A stretch of 37,696 nucleotides of DNA. It comes from a virus. Lineage: Duplodnaviria; Caudoviricetes. Shown one piece after another: positions 24,011-33,049 of the stretch. Within the stretch, counting starts at the first letter, position 1. Every line of letters begins with the position of its first letter. Under the pieces are notes generated by a model. The model was not told the origin of the DNA, ran no database searches, and saw only the letters and a program-made list of their open reading frames with translations. The stretch lies in the IMG/VR virus record IMGVR_UViG_3300033755_000172, positions 1-37,696 of that record, one strand, 5' to 3'. The translations under genes and the position numbers were made by a program.

Positions 24011-24486
24011 GCGTCGGCGTCCATGTCGACGTCGTCGGCCTTGAGCCGACGCTGGCGCGACTGGAGGCGCTCGGCCGGATCGAATTCTTCGAGCTGATGG
24101 ACGGCCTGGCGCGGATGGGCCAGCAGCAGACGCAGCGGCGGATCGAGGAAGAGAAGACGTCGCCCGACAGCAACAAGTGGCCTCTGACCCGCGAAGGGCG
24201 CCCGGCGTTGTTCGTCTCCGGAACCCACCTCTATCGCTCGATCGACCATGACGCGAGCGGAACGCAGGCGCGCTGGGGAACCGGGTGGATCGGCGCCAAG
24301 GTGCATCAGTTCGGCGCGACGATCACGCCGAAGAACGCCAAGGCGCTGCACTTCAGGCTCGGCGGCCGCGACGTGTTCGCCAAGCGCGTGACCATCCCGG
24401 CGCGGCCCTATCTCGGGATCAGCGCCGACAACGCGGCCGACCTCGAAGCCGCGGCGGCGAAGTTCATCGAGAGGCGCCTTCAGTGA
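24007..24486 (+). CDS. Virion morphogenesis / tail completion protein (Mu G, P2 S family)
   Basis: SPD..KW.L...L..SG.L..SI...AKVHQFG...IPARPYLGIS. Confidence 0.88.
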   Translation: MSVGVHVDVVGLEPTLARLEALGRIEFFELMDGLARMGQQQTQRRIEEEKTSPDSNKWPLTREGRPALFVSGTHLYRSIDHDASGTQARWGTGWIGAKVHQFGATITPKNAKALHFRLGGRDVFAKRVTIPARPYLGISADNAADLEAAAAKFIERRLQ

Positions 24487-25076
24487 ACGACCTGCTCGTC
24501 CTTCGCGAGGCGGTGGTCGCCTCGCTCCGCGCCAAGCTCGGGACGGGCGTCAACGTCGGCGCCCACGGGGGCACCTTCGACCTCGAGGAGGTCAAGCGCT
24601 TCGCCACCCTGGCGCCGGCGGTGCGGGTCGCGATCGTCGGCGCCGGACGCGCCTCGCGCTGGTCGGACGGGCGCTGGTGCGTCCCCATCCGCTTCGCCGC
24701 CGTCGTCTTCGCCCGCGACACGGCGGAGCCGGGCAAGGTCAGGCGCGACACGGCGGCGCTGCTGCTGGCGAGCGCGGTCGAGCTCGCCGTCGCTTCCAAC
24801 CGCTTCGGCCTCGATGGGGTGTTTCAGCCCGAGGAGGTCGAGGGCCGCAACGAATATTCGGGCAAGCTCGACACGCTCGGCGTGGCGCTGTGGCAGGTGA
24901 CGTGGACGTCGCGCGCGCTGATCGGCGCGCCCAACGATCCGCCCGACACGGCGATCGCGGCATTGACGCAGGCGCTGGTCGAAGGCGTCGCCACCTGGAA
25001 CGCGCCGGCGGCCGGCGCTCCCGCCGCTTCCGGGCTGACGGGCGCCGATCCCCTCAACGGGGGGGATAATTCATGA
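24483..25076 (+). CDS. Mu gp37-like tail terminator
   Basis: GTGA overlap; HGGTFDLEEVKR...APAVRVA...GVALWQVTW. Confidence 0.7.
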   Translation: MNDLLVLREAVVASLRAKLGTGVNVGAHGGTFDLEEVKRFATLAPAVRVAIVGAGRASRWSDGRWCVPIRFAAVVFARDTAEPGKVRRDTAALLLASAVELAVASNRFGLDGVFQPEEVEGRNEYSGKLDTLGVALWQVTWTSRALIGAPNDPPDTAIAALTQALVEGVATWNAPAAGAPAASGLTGADPLNGGDNS

Positions 25077-25648
25077 GCCTCGTCGCCCGTGTCGAAGCGC
25101 TCGAATACCAGATCGCCGATCTCAAGCGCCGGCAGTCGAACTATGTGCGCCCCGGCGTGGTGATGAGCTTCGACCCGAAGACGAATTCGATCGTCGCCAA
25201 CATCGGCGACGCGACGACGCCGGTCCCGACCCATGCGGTTCCCCTCTTCACCCACGCCGGGTCGGGCAAGAGCTGGCGGCCGATGAAGGCGGGCCAGCAG
25301 GTGATACTGCTCTGCCCCGACGGCGATCTTTCCAATGCGGTGGCGCTTCCGGGCGGCTTCCACGACCAGAACCCGGCGCCGTCGCAAAGCGCCGCCGAAG
25401 ACATCGAGGCGCAGCGCGGAGCCGCGCGGCTGCGCACCACCGACACGGCGGCGTTCCTCGAATGCGGCCCGTCGAGCGTCAAGGTCGAGGACGGGACGAT
25501 CACGCTGACGGGGGTGAAGATCGTGCTCGCCGGGACGTCCTACCTCGGCGGCGCCGGCGCGGCCAATCCGGTGGCGATGCTGGGGACGGTCGACACCGGC
25601 GGCTTCGCCGACGTCTCCAACCTCGCGACCAAGGCTTTCACCGAATGA
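25073..25648 (+). CDS. V: Baseplate spike protein (P2 gpV-like)
   Basis: RPGVV...HAGSGKSWRPMKAGQQVILLCPDGDL..AVALPG. Confidence 0.88.
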   Translation: MSLVARVEALEYQIADLKRRQSNYVRPGVVMSFDPKTNSIVANIGDATTPVPTHAVPLFTHAGSGKSWRPMKAGQQVILLCPDGDLSNAVALPGGFHDQNPAPSQSAAEDIEAQRGAARLRTTDTAAFLECGPSSVKVEDGTITLTGVKIVLAGTSYLGGAGAANPVAMLGTVDTGGFADVSNLATKAFTE

Positions 25649-25661
25649 AAGGGCTCTTGAA

Positions 25662-26009
25662 ATGGCTGTGATCAAGCGATCGGGACCGCGCCGCGGACTT
25701 TCGGTCGGCAAGGCGAAGGTCGATACGACCAAGGTCAGCTACACCGTGGTCAAGGCGATCGGCAACGCGATGAAGATCGCCGGCAAGCGGCGCCAGAAGG
25801 GCGACGTGTTCGAGGCGATCCCGCGCCACGTCTATTTCCTGGTGCTCGAAGGCGTGATCGCGCCGACGGCGAGCCTCGCCGCCAGCGCGTCGAGCGCGTC
25901 TTCGGCGTCGAGCGCCTCATCGGCCTCCTCCGCGTCGTCGGCGTCTTCAGCGTCGAGCGCATCGTCCGCGAGCTCTTCGTCGACCTCGTCGAAGAAGTCG
26001 GCCTCCTGA
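25662..26009 (+). CDS. Small basic protein with (Ala-Ser-Ser)10 tail
   Basis: ORF fills the V-W gap; repeat at 25887-25976. Confidence 0.7.
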   Translation: MAVIKRSGPRRGLSVGKAKVDTTKVSYTVVKAIGNAMKIAGKRRQKGDVFEAIPRHVYFLVLEGVIAPTASLAASASSASSASSASSASSASSASSASSASSASSSSTSSKKSAS

Positions 26010-26011
26010 CC

Positions 26012-26392
26012 ATGCGCACCGGGATCGATCGCAATACGGGCGCCGTCCTGACCGGCTGGGGCCATTGCGTCCAGTCGATCCTCGACATCGTCTCGACGGC
26101 GATCGGCTCGCGCGTCATCGCCAGGCCCTACGGCTCGGACGGCCCGGACATGATCGACCGGCCGCAGAGCCCGCCGTCGATCGTCGCCCACTGGTCGGCG
26201 ATCGCCGAGGCGTTGCGCAAGTGGGAGCCGGGGTTCCGGCTCAAGCAGGTCGCGGCGACGCGGCTCGGCCCCGACGGCGTCGCCGGCTTCGCGCTCGCGG
26301 GCGATTATTACCCGAACGGCCATCTCGGCGATTACTCGGTGGTAGTGCCGATGCAGACGGTGAACGTGGCGTTGCCGGCGATGTTCGCATGA
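26012..26392 (+). CDS. W: Baseplate wedge protein (P2 gpW / gp25-like)
   Basis: GIDRNTG..LTGW.H..QSI.DI.ST.IGSRV..R.YGS...WEP. Confidence 0.92.
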   Translation: MRTGIDRNTGAVLTGWGHCVQSILDIVSTAIGSRVIARPYGSDGPDMIDRPQSPPSIVAHWSAIAEALRKWEPGFRLKQVAATRLGPDGVAGFALAGDYYPNGHLGDYSVVVPMQTVNVALPAMFA

Positions 26393-27279
26393 GCAATTTC
26401 GCCAACATCAACCTGTCGAGCCTGCCGCAGCCCGCGGCGGCGGCGACGTGGTCGTTCGCGGCGATCGTGCAGGCGCGGCTGGCCGACTTCACCCAGCGGA
26501 TGCAGGCGGCGGGGATCGCCTATGACACCGGCGCGCTCGAAAGCGAGCCGGCGGTCAAGCTGCAGGAGACGGGCGCCTATCGCGAGGGCCTGGTCTATCA
26601 GCGCATCAACGAAGCGGTGCTGGCGACCAGCCTGGCTTGGGCGGAGGGAACGGATCTCGATAACGTCGCGGCGGCCTTCGACACCTTCCGCGCCGCCGGC
26701 GAGCTCGATCCGTCGTTGAAGCGGCGGGCGCAGCTCGCCTGGGAGGCCTTGAGCCAGGGCGGCACGTACGGCGGCTATCGCTACAAAGCGCTGTCGGCGG
26801 CGCCGACCGATCTCGCCGACGTCGCCGTCTACGGCGCGGAAGTCGCCGGCGTCTCGCCCGGCCAGGTGATGATCGTCTGCCTCGGCGTCGCGGCCAACGG
26901 CGTTCCGTCGGCCGCCTCGCTCGCCGCGGCGCGCGCCGCGTTTCCGCGGCCAAATCGCAAAGTCAACGACCAGATCGTGGTGCGCGCGATCAATCCGGCG
27001 CCCTATGCGGTCGACGCGACCTTAATCCTTTCGCCCGGCGCCGATCCCAACGCCGTGGTCGCGGCGCAGACGGCGGCGCTCAATGCCTTCGCCGCGGCGC
27101 GGCGCGCCATCGGCGCGTCGGTGTCGCCCGGCAATATCGCCTCCGTGCTCGGCTATTCCGCGCCCGGCCTGGTCTACGACGTCGTGGTGCGCTCGCCCGC
27201 TTACGCCGTCGGCGGCGATCCCTTCGCCGCGCCGATCCTCTCCGGCGCGCGCGTCGTCTGGCAGGCGAGGTCATCATGA
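26389..27279 (+). CDS. J: Baseplate protein (P2 gpJ-like)
   Basis: INLSSLPQP...LESEP.VKL...AYRE...RINEA...A.GTDLD...E.D..L.RR..LA.E.LS..G. Confidence 0.92.
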   Translation: MSNFANINLSSLPQPAAAATWSFAAIVQARLADFTQRMQAAGIAYDTGALESEPAVKLQETGAYREGLVYQRINEAVLATSLAWAEGTDLDNVAAAFDTFRAAGELDPSLKRRAQLAWEALSQGGTYGGYRYKALSAAPTDLADVAVYGAEVAGVSPGQVMIVCLGVAANGVPSAASLAAARAAFPRPNRKVNDQIVVRAINPAPYAVDATLILSPGADPNAVVAAQTAALNAFAAARRAIGASVSPGNIASVLGYSAPGLVYDVVVRSPAYAVGGDPFAAPILSGARVVWQARSS

Positions 27280-27902
27280 GCGCGACCGACCTGCTGCCGC
27301 CCAACGCGACGCCGTTCGAAAGCGCTCAGAGCGCGGAGGACAATCGCATCCTCGGCGCCGACGTCGCCGCGATCCGCCGCGAGCGCCAGCCGGCGAGCTG
27401 CGACGAGGCGTTCATCGCCCCGCTCGCCTGGGAGCGCAGCATTCATTTCTGGGCGCCCGGCGACGACGCGGGAAATCGCGCCCGCATCGCCTCCAGCTTC
27501 GCCGATCACGGCGCCTACGGCTCGCCCGCCGCGCTGGAGCAGGAAATCGCGCTCGATACGGGCTTAAGCGTGACGGTGCGCGAGTTCTGGGAGATCGCCG
27601 GCCTCGTCTGGCCCGACTTCGTCGTCGACGTCGCCGTCGCTCCCGGCGATCCTGCGCCCGACCTGTCGGCGGTCTCCGCGTCGGCCAACGCGCGCAAGAA
27701 CGTGCGCGACGTGCTGGCGCGGGTGCGCCAAGTCGCCGCCCAGCCGGCCGCGCCCTTGAACGTCGGCGCGGCGTGCTGCGTCACGCCGCGGATGACGATC
27801 CTGCCGCTCGGGGGCGCGCCGCACGATCCGCAGCTCTACGTCGGCGCTTCGACGCGCGCGCTGCCCCATGTCACCGTTCTGCCTCTGAAGGCCGCCGCAT
27901 GA
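27276..27902 (+). CDS. Tail protein (P2 gpI-like)
   Basis: LLPPNATPFE...C...F...LAWERS...W...H..YGS. Confidence 0.88.
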   Translation: MSATDLLPPNATPFESAQSAEDNRILGADVAAIRRERQPASCDEAFIAPLAWERSIHFWAPGDDAGNRARIASSFADHGAYGSPAALEQEIALDTGLSVTVREFWEIAGLVWPDFVVDVAVAPGDPAPDLSAVSASANARKNVRDVLARVRQVAAQPAAPLNVGAACCVTPRMTILPLGGAPHDPQLYVGASTRALPHVTVLPLKAAA

Positions 27903-29218
27903 CCACGCAAGTTTACGCCACGCAGGTCACCCAGTATTTCCTCGCCGCCCAGGCGGCCTACCAGGCGGCGGGAGGAACCGGGACCCCGCTCAATATCGCC
28001 GGCGGCACGCTGGTGGTCGGCGACGGCAATGGCGCCGTGCCGTCGATCTCGGCGCTGGTGGCGACGAACGGCGTCACCCATGAAGTGTGGCGCGGAAACA
28101 CCATCAACTCGGTTTCGGTCGACGCCAACAACGCCGACCAGCTCGACATCGCCTGCGAGATCCCGGCGGCGATCGGCGGGGCCGAGATCGGGCCGTTCAA
28201 CGTCACCGAGTTCGCCATCCTCGACGCGCTCGGCAATTGTTGCGTCGTCGGCACGACGAATTTGCAGAAGACCGTGTCGGCGCAGGGGCAGACGAGCGAT
28301 CTCGCCTGGACCGCGGCCGTCGCCTATTCGGTCGCCGGCTCGGTCGTCGTGACGCCGCCGACGGCGGGCTATGCGACCATGAACCAGGTCGAGGCCGCCT
28401 TCAACGCCAACTTGCCGACATGCGTCGCGCCGCTAACCAAGAGCGACGTGACGAACCCGGGCGGCTGGACCGCCCGCACCTTCGGCGTCGCCGCCGCCTC
28501 GCAGCCGGCCGACGTCGTGACGCCGACGACGAGCGCGAATGCGATGGGGGTCGGGCGGCCGGCGAGCGCGGCCGAGTTCGCCGCCGGCGCGCCGACCGCG
28601 GGCGGCTTCGCTTGGCCGTGGCCGACGCTGCAACAGGTCGCCGGCGCGTTCGCGGCGATCGCGGCGACGATCGCCTCGCTGACGGCCTCGCTCGCCGGCT
28701 ACCTGAAGCTCTCGGGCGGGACGATGACAGGGCCGCTCGTGCTCGCCGCCGATCCGACCGCCTCGCCGCAGGCGGCGACCAAGAACTATGTCGACGGCAA
28801 GATCGCCGGCGTGAACCTGTCGGGCTATCTGCCGCTGGCGGGCGGGACGATGGGCGGCGACATCCTTCTCGACGGCGTCCCGAGCGAGCCGCTCGGCGCG
28901 GTGCCGAAGGAGTACGTCGACGCCGCGCTCAACGGCAGCGGCCAGGCGCTCAAGATCGGCACGCTGGTCGTCGCGACAGGGACGGCCTCCCTCGCCGCCT
29001 ACGCCGACGCCATCGGAGCGACCTTCGCGTCCTCCGGCGGCAATATCGCCGCGACCTATTCGCTGTTCGCGTCGAATAAGACATACGTTCCCGACGGCCA
29101 GGTCTGGCGCGTCGTCGGCTCCGTGTGCGTCTCGACTGGCGGAGTCTTGAGCGGGAACACGCAGGGGCCGACTTCCCCCGTCTTTACGACGCTGACGACG
29201 CTGATGCGGACCGCCTGA
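27899..29218 (+). CDS. Tail fibre protein (P2 gpH-like N-terminus)
   Basis: VGDGNG...IGPFNVTEFAILD..G; two GYL.L.GGTM.G...L...P.....A..K.YVD repeats. Confidence 0.85.
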   Translation: MTTQVYATQVTQYFLAAQAAYQAAGGTGTPLNIAGGTLVVGDGNGAVPSISALVATNGVTHEVWRGNTINSVSVDANNADQLDIACEIPAAIGGAEIGPFNVTEFAILDALGNCCVVGTTNLQKTVSAQGQTSDLAWTAAVAYSVAGSVVVTPPTAGYATMNQVEAAFNANLPTCVAPLTKSDVTNPGGWTARTFGVAAASQPADVVTPTTSANAMGVGRPASAAEFAAGAPTAGGFAWPWPTLQQVAGAFAAIAATIASLTASLAGYLKLSGGTMTGPLVLAADPTASPQAATKNYVDGKIAGVNLSGYLPLAGGTMGGDILLDGVPSEPLGAVPKEYVDAALNGSGQALKIGTLVVATGTASLAAYADAIGATFASSGGNIAATYSLFASNKTYVPDGQVWRVVGSVCVSTGGVLSGNTQGPTSPVFTTLTTLMRTA

Positions 29219-29219
29219 C

Positions 29220-29597
29220 GTGACCAACGTCCTCGCCCTGCCGCAGATCTCCGGGTCGCTCAGTCTCGCGACCAACGGCGACCTTCGCGCTTCGCTCGCC
29301 TTCACGCAGGCGAACTCGTCGACGCCGATCGACCTGACGGGGATCGCCTTCCGCATGCAGGTCCGGCTCGTCAGCGACGCGACGCAGATCGCGCTCGATC
29401 TGTCCACCGACAACGGCTTGCTGGTCAACGGCGGCGCGAGCGGCCTGCTGAGCTGGGTCGTCCCGGCGGCGATGACGGCGCGGATCGCGCCGGGCGCCTA
29501 CGTCGCCGACCTGCTGGCGATCGCCGACGGCGCGACGATCAACCTCTGCCAGGCCGCGCCGCTGGCGGTGACCGTGACGCAGGGGGTGACATGCTGA
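29220..29597 (+). CDS. Putative virion beta-sandwich protein
   Basis: PIDLTG..FRMQVR...LST.NG...G.YV.DL...VTQGVT. Confidence 0.7.
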   Translation: MTNVLALPQISGSLSLATNGDLRASLAFTQANSSTPIDLTGIAFRMQVRLVSDATQIALDLSTDNGLLVNGGASGLLSWVVPAAMTARIAPGAYVADLLAIADGATINLCQAAPLAVTVTQGVTC

Positions 29598-30121
29598 GCC
29601 TCGCGACCGCCGCGCCGCCGCTCGCCGTCGCCGCCGTCGCGCCGACGCTGGCGATCGGCGCGGGCAGCCCGAGCGCGTTGCAGGCGAACGGCGCGAACGC
29701 CGTCGCCAGCGTGGCGCCCGTCGCCGGCGCTTCCGTCGCGGCGAACGAGACGGGCGCTTCGGTCGCCGCGCCGGGCCTCGCCGACGCGGCGGCGACGACG
29801 CAGGCGCTGGCGTTCCAGCCGGCGAGCGGCGCGACGCCGATCGACTGCGCGCAAGCCAACACCTTCGCCTTCACGCTTGAGGGCGCGGCGGCGTTCGCCT
29901 TCGCCCGCTGGCCGACGACCGGGCGCGACCAGCGCGTCGTCGTCTACCTGGCGCAGGATGCGACCGGCGGACGAACGGCGAGCTTCGCTGGCGTCAAGTG
30001 GCCCGACGGCGCGGCGCCCGAGCTGTCGACCAGCGCCGGCGCGGTCGACTGCCTGGTGTTCGACAGCTTCGACGGCGGCCAGACGATCTTCGGCAACCTC
30101 GTGGGAGGCGCCTATGCTTAA
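29591..30121 (+). CDS. Putative tail/fibre-associated protein
   Basis: QDATGGRT...VKWPDG.AP.LST.AGAVD...F.S.DGG motif. Confidence 0.7.
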   Translation: MLSLATAAPPLAVAAVAPTLAIGAGSPSALQANGANAVASVAPVAGASVAANETGASVAAPGLADAAATTQALAFQPASGATPIDCAQANTFAFTLEGAAAFAFARWPTTGRDQRVVVYLAQDATGGRTASFAGVKWPDGAAPELSTSAGAVDCLVFDSFDGGQTIFGNLVGGAYA

Positions 30122-30296
30122 AGCGGCGGCCGCCCCGCTTAAGCGCAAGCCCGGCGAAGAGCTTCTGAGCTGGTGGCTGCGCGCGAACTTCGCGCTCGCT
30201 GGCGGCGACGAAGCGCCGTCGCAACGCGAGTCGCCTCTCACCTCAACCCTCTCCCCGCAAAGCGGGGAAAGGGGGAATAGGAGCAACGGCAAATGA
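30114..30296 (+). CDS. Small hypothetical protein carrying a palindromic-element insertion
   Basis: GGAGG RBS; ATGA overlap with the next gene. Confidence 0.4.
   Translation: MLKAAAAPLKRKPGEELLSWWLRANFALAGGDEAPSQRESPLTSTLSPQSGERGNRSNGK
30234..30275 (+). repeat. Host-type REP-like palindromic element (CCTCTCACCTCAACCCTCTCCCCGC-AAA-GCGGGGAAAGGG)
   Basis: 12-bp stem with one mismatch (30247-30273) preceded by a C/T-rich leader; resembles repeats I recall as abundant in alphaproteobacterial chromosomes. Confidence 0.6.
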
Positions 30297-30694
30297 GCAT
30301 CCAATTCTCGACCGCGGTGCGCAACGCGCGGCTCGCCGCGGTCTTCGCCACCATCGGCGCGTCGGCCAAGCTCTTGCTCTACACCGGCGCGCCGCCGGCG
30401 AACTGCGCGGCGAGCGAGACGGGAGCGCTGCTAGCGACCCTGACGCTGCCCGCGGTTGAAGAAAACGCGGCGAGCGGCGGCTCGGAGACGGAGGCGAGCG
30501 GACCGTGGACGGGAACGGCGAGCGCGGCGGGGACGGCGGGGCATTTCCGCATCATGGACCCGACCGGCGCGACCTGCCACGTGCAAGGCACGGCCGGGCA
30601 GAGCTCTGGCGACCTCGCCTTCGACAACCCGAGCTTCGCGGTCGGGCAGAACATTCAGATCACCTCGTTCACGCTGACGGACGGGAACGCCTGA
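30293..30694 (+). CDS. Putative structural protein
   Basis: AGGAG RBS; STAVRNARL...LLLYTG..PA...LLATLTL...GTAGHFRI...QG. Confidence 0.75.
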   Translation: MSIQFSTAVRNARLAAVFATIGASAKLLLYTGAPPANCAASETGALLATLTLPAVEENAASGGSETEASGPWTGTASAAGTAGHFRIMDPTGATCHVQGTAGQSSGDLAFDNPSFAVGQNIQITSFTLTDGNA

Positions 30695-30695
30695 C

Positions 30696-31559
30696 GTGGG
30701 CAAGCTGGTCAATCGCGCCAAGATGACGGCGGCGAGCGCGCCGGGAACCGGCGCGATCACGCTCGGCGCGGCCGTCGCCGGCTATCAAACCTTCGCCGCC
30801 GCGGGCGTCAACAACGGCGACGTCGTCTCCTACGTGATCGAGGATGGCGCGAACTGGGAGACCGGCTACGGCGGCTATTCGTCGACCGGCCCGACGTTGA
30901 CGCGCGCGACCATCCTCGCCTCTTCCAACTCCGGCTCGGCGATATCGGCGACGTCGGCCGCGCTGGTGTTCGTCTCGCCGCTGGCGCCGGATTTGCCGGC
31001 CGCCGGACAGATCGTCATCGCGCCGGGCGCGACGGCGCCGCCCGGGACGATCGCCCTCAACGGCGCGCTGCTCTCGCGCGCGGTCTACGCCGCGCTGTGG
31101 GTCTACGCGCAGGCCAGCGGCAACCTGGCGGCGTCCGACGCGGCGTGGAGCTCGGGGCAGTTTTCGCCCGGCGACGGGTCCGCCACCTTTCGCATTCCCG
31201 ACGCCCGCGGCGTGTTCATCCGCGGCTTCGACAACGGCCGCGGCCTCGACAGCGGGCGGGCGCTCGGCTCCTACCAGGCCGACATGTTCGCCTCGCACGC
31301 CCACGGCGTCACCGACAACGGCCATGCGCACGGCGTCACGGAGAGCGCGCATAGTCACAGCTATACACAGCCGGGGGGAGGCTCGCCAAGCGGGCCCTCT
31401 CAAGGTTCTACCGCCGCCCTCCCCTCTAGCGCCTCGACCGGCGCGGCGAAGACCAACCTCACGATCAACTCCGCGACCACCGGCGTCAGCGTCGGCGCCG
31501 CCGGCTCGGCCGAGACGGCGCCGAAGAACGTCGCCTGGCTGGTTTGCATCCGCTACTGA
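30696..31559 (+). CDS. Second tail fibre / collar-domain protein
   Basis: Collar motif PPG....NGALLSR..YAALW...TFRIPDARGVFIRG.D.GRGLD.GR.LGS.Q; three HxH motifs; ETAPKNVA...CIRY. Confidence 0.88.
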   Translation: MGKLVNRAKMTAASAPGTGAITLGAAVAGYQTFAAAGVNNGDVVSYVIEDGANWETGYGGYSSTGPTLTRATILASSNSGSAISATSAALVFVSPLAPDLPAAGQIVIAPGATAPPGTIALNGALLSRAVYAALWVYAQASGNLAASDAAWSSGQFSPGDGSATFRIPDARGVFIRGFDNGRGLDSGRALGSYQADMFASHAHGVTDNGHAHGVTESAHSHSYTQPGGGSPSGPSQGSTAALPSSASTGAAKTNLTINSATTGVSVGAAGSAETAPKNVAWLVCIRY

Positions 31560-31571
31560 AGGACCGCGCGC

Positions 31572-32357
31572 TTGTCCGACGCTCCGACCGTCTATAACTA
31601 CAGCGCCGTCGACGGCTCGTACCTCGGCCCATCGACCGCCGACCCGTCGCCGCTGGAGCCCGGCGTGTGGCTCTATCCCGCCCATTCGACGACCATCGCG
31701 CCGCCGGCGGCGGGAGCGCAGCAGGCGGCGGTGTTCGCTAACGGCGCGTGGGGCCTCGCCCCCGACCATCGCGGCGAGACCTGGTGGGGGGCCGTCGGCG
31801 CGGCGGTGGTTGTGACGGCGCTCGGCGACCCGGCCGCTTCGGGCCTCAGCGCGACGCCGCCCGCGGCCGTCGGCGCGCTGGCGCTCGACGCCGACGACGG
31901 CGATCTCGTCGCCAGCGGCGCCGCGCCGCCGACGCTCGCCACGCTCGCCGCCGCCGCGGTCGCGGCGGCGCGCCTCGCCTGCGCGGCGTTGACGGAGCAG
32001 ATGGCGCCGAGCGCGACCTTCCAGAACGCCTACGTCGTCGCCGCCGCCATGGTCGGGCCGGGCGCCGTCGCGCCGACCGTCGACCCGACCAAGACGGCGT
32101 TCGTTAATTGGGCGGGGGCGCTCGGGCTCGACGCGCCGACGCTCGCCCAGCGCGTGGTCGCGGTCTCGGCGGCGCTGTTCGCGCTGTCGGCGGCGCTGAC
32201 GGCCTTCGAGCAGGCGGCGCCGGCGGCGTCGTCGAGCGACGCGCTGCAAACGGCGCTGACAGCCTTCGAAAGCGCGCTGGCGAATATCGTCGCCGCGGCC
32301 AGCGCCGCGGGCCTGACGCTGACGGCGCCGACCGTCGCCGTCGCCGGCCTGACCTAG
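31572..32357 (+). CDS. Tail fibre assembly chaperone-like protein
   Basis: VYNY...G.YLG...ADPSPLEPG.WL.PA.ST..APP...W....DHRGET. Confidence 0.75.
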   Translation: MSDAPTVYNYSAVDGSYLGPSTADPSPLEPGVWLYPAHSTTIAPPAAGAQQAAVFANGAWGLAPDHRGETWWGAVGAAVVVTALGDPAASGLSATPPAAVGALALDADDGDLVASGAAPPTLATLAAAAVAAARLACAALTEQMAPSATFQNAYVVAAAMVGPGAVAPTVDPTKTAFVNWAGALGLDAPTLAQRVVAVSAALFALSAALTAFEQAAPAASSSDALQTALTAFESALANIVAAASAAGLTLTAPTVAVAGLT

Positions 32358-32360
32358 CCG

Positions 32361-33038
32361 ATGCTCGGGTTCGCGCCCCTCGGCCATCTGCCGCTCGGCG
32401 CGAGCGCGACCTCGGGCGGGACGCTCGCCGGCGGAGCGCTCGTCGCCGCGACGCTCTCCGCCAGCGCTTGCGCGCCGGCGACCGGCGCGGCCTCGGCGAC
32501 GACCGGCGCGGCGACGCTCTCCGCCGCCGCTTCCGCGCCAGCTAACGCCGCGGCCGCCGCGGCGCTCGCGCCGGCGACGCTCGCGGCGGCCGGCGCGGCG
32601 CTCGCCGGCGCTTGCGCCGCGCCGACGCTCGACGCCGCAGCGCTGGCCTCGGCCGACCAGGCGGTCGCCTCCAGCGCGCTGGTCGCGACGCTCGACGACG
32701 CAGGCGCCGCGGCGGCCGGCGCGGCGGCGGCGACGGGCTCAGCGACGATCGATCTCGGCGCTTCGCGCGGCTCGCCGCCGCTCGGCGGCTTCGCCCTCGG
32801 CGCTCTCCCGCTCGGGGGCGGACCTTCCGCCATCGTCGGCGCGACGCTCGCCGCGACCGGCGTCCAGGCGCCGGCGACGGCCACGCTGGCGCTGGGGCTC
32901 GCCGACGCGACGCTCGCAGCGGCGGCCTCGGCGCCGGCGAGCGGCGCGGCGGTCGCGACGCTCGAAGCCGCTTCGCTCGCCGCCGCCTCGCGCGCGCGGC
33001 GCAGATATCGGGCCGCCGCGCTGCTGATGGCGGCGTGA
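32361..33038 (+). CDS. Extremely Ala-rich repetitive protein
   Basis: MLGFAPLGHLPLG, repeated internally as LGGFALGALPLG; recurring ATL(A/S/D) units. Confidence 0.6.
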   Translation: MLGFAPLGHLPLGASATSGGTLAGGALVAATLSASACAPATGAASATTGAATLSAAASAPANAAAAAALAPATLAAAGAALAGACAAPTLDAAALASADQAVASSALVATLDDAGAAAAGAAAATGSATIDLGASRGSPPLGGFALGALPLGGGPSAIVGATLAATGVQAPATATLALGLADATLAAAASAPASGAAVATLEAASLAAASRARRRYRAAALLMAA

Positions 33039-33049
33039 AAGGAGGACTG

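Noticed and set aside
28690-28925. Fibre repeats as a DGR template/variable pair or invertible segment
   Set aside because: Ordinary in-frame fibre repeats; no reverse transcriptase, invertase or flanking inverted sites in the window
2137-32387. Many long minus-strand and alternate-frame ORFs (e.g. 2137-3747, 15144-17030, 17958-19865, 30669-32387)
   Set aside because: Arg/Ala/Gly-rich shadows of well-supported + strand genes; expected at this GC content
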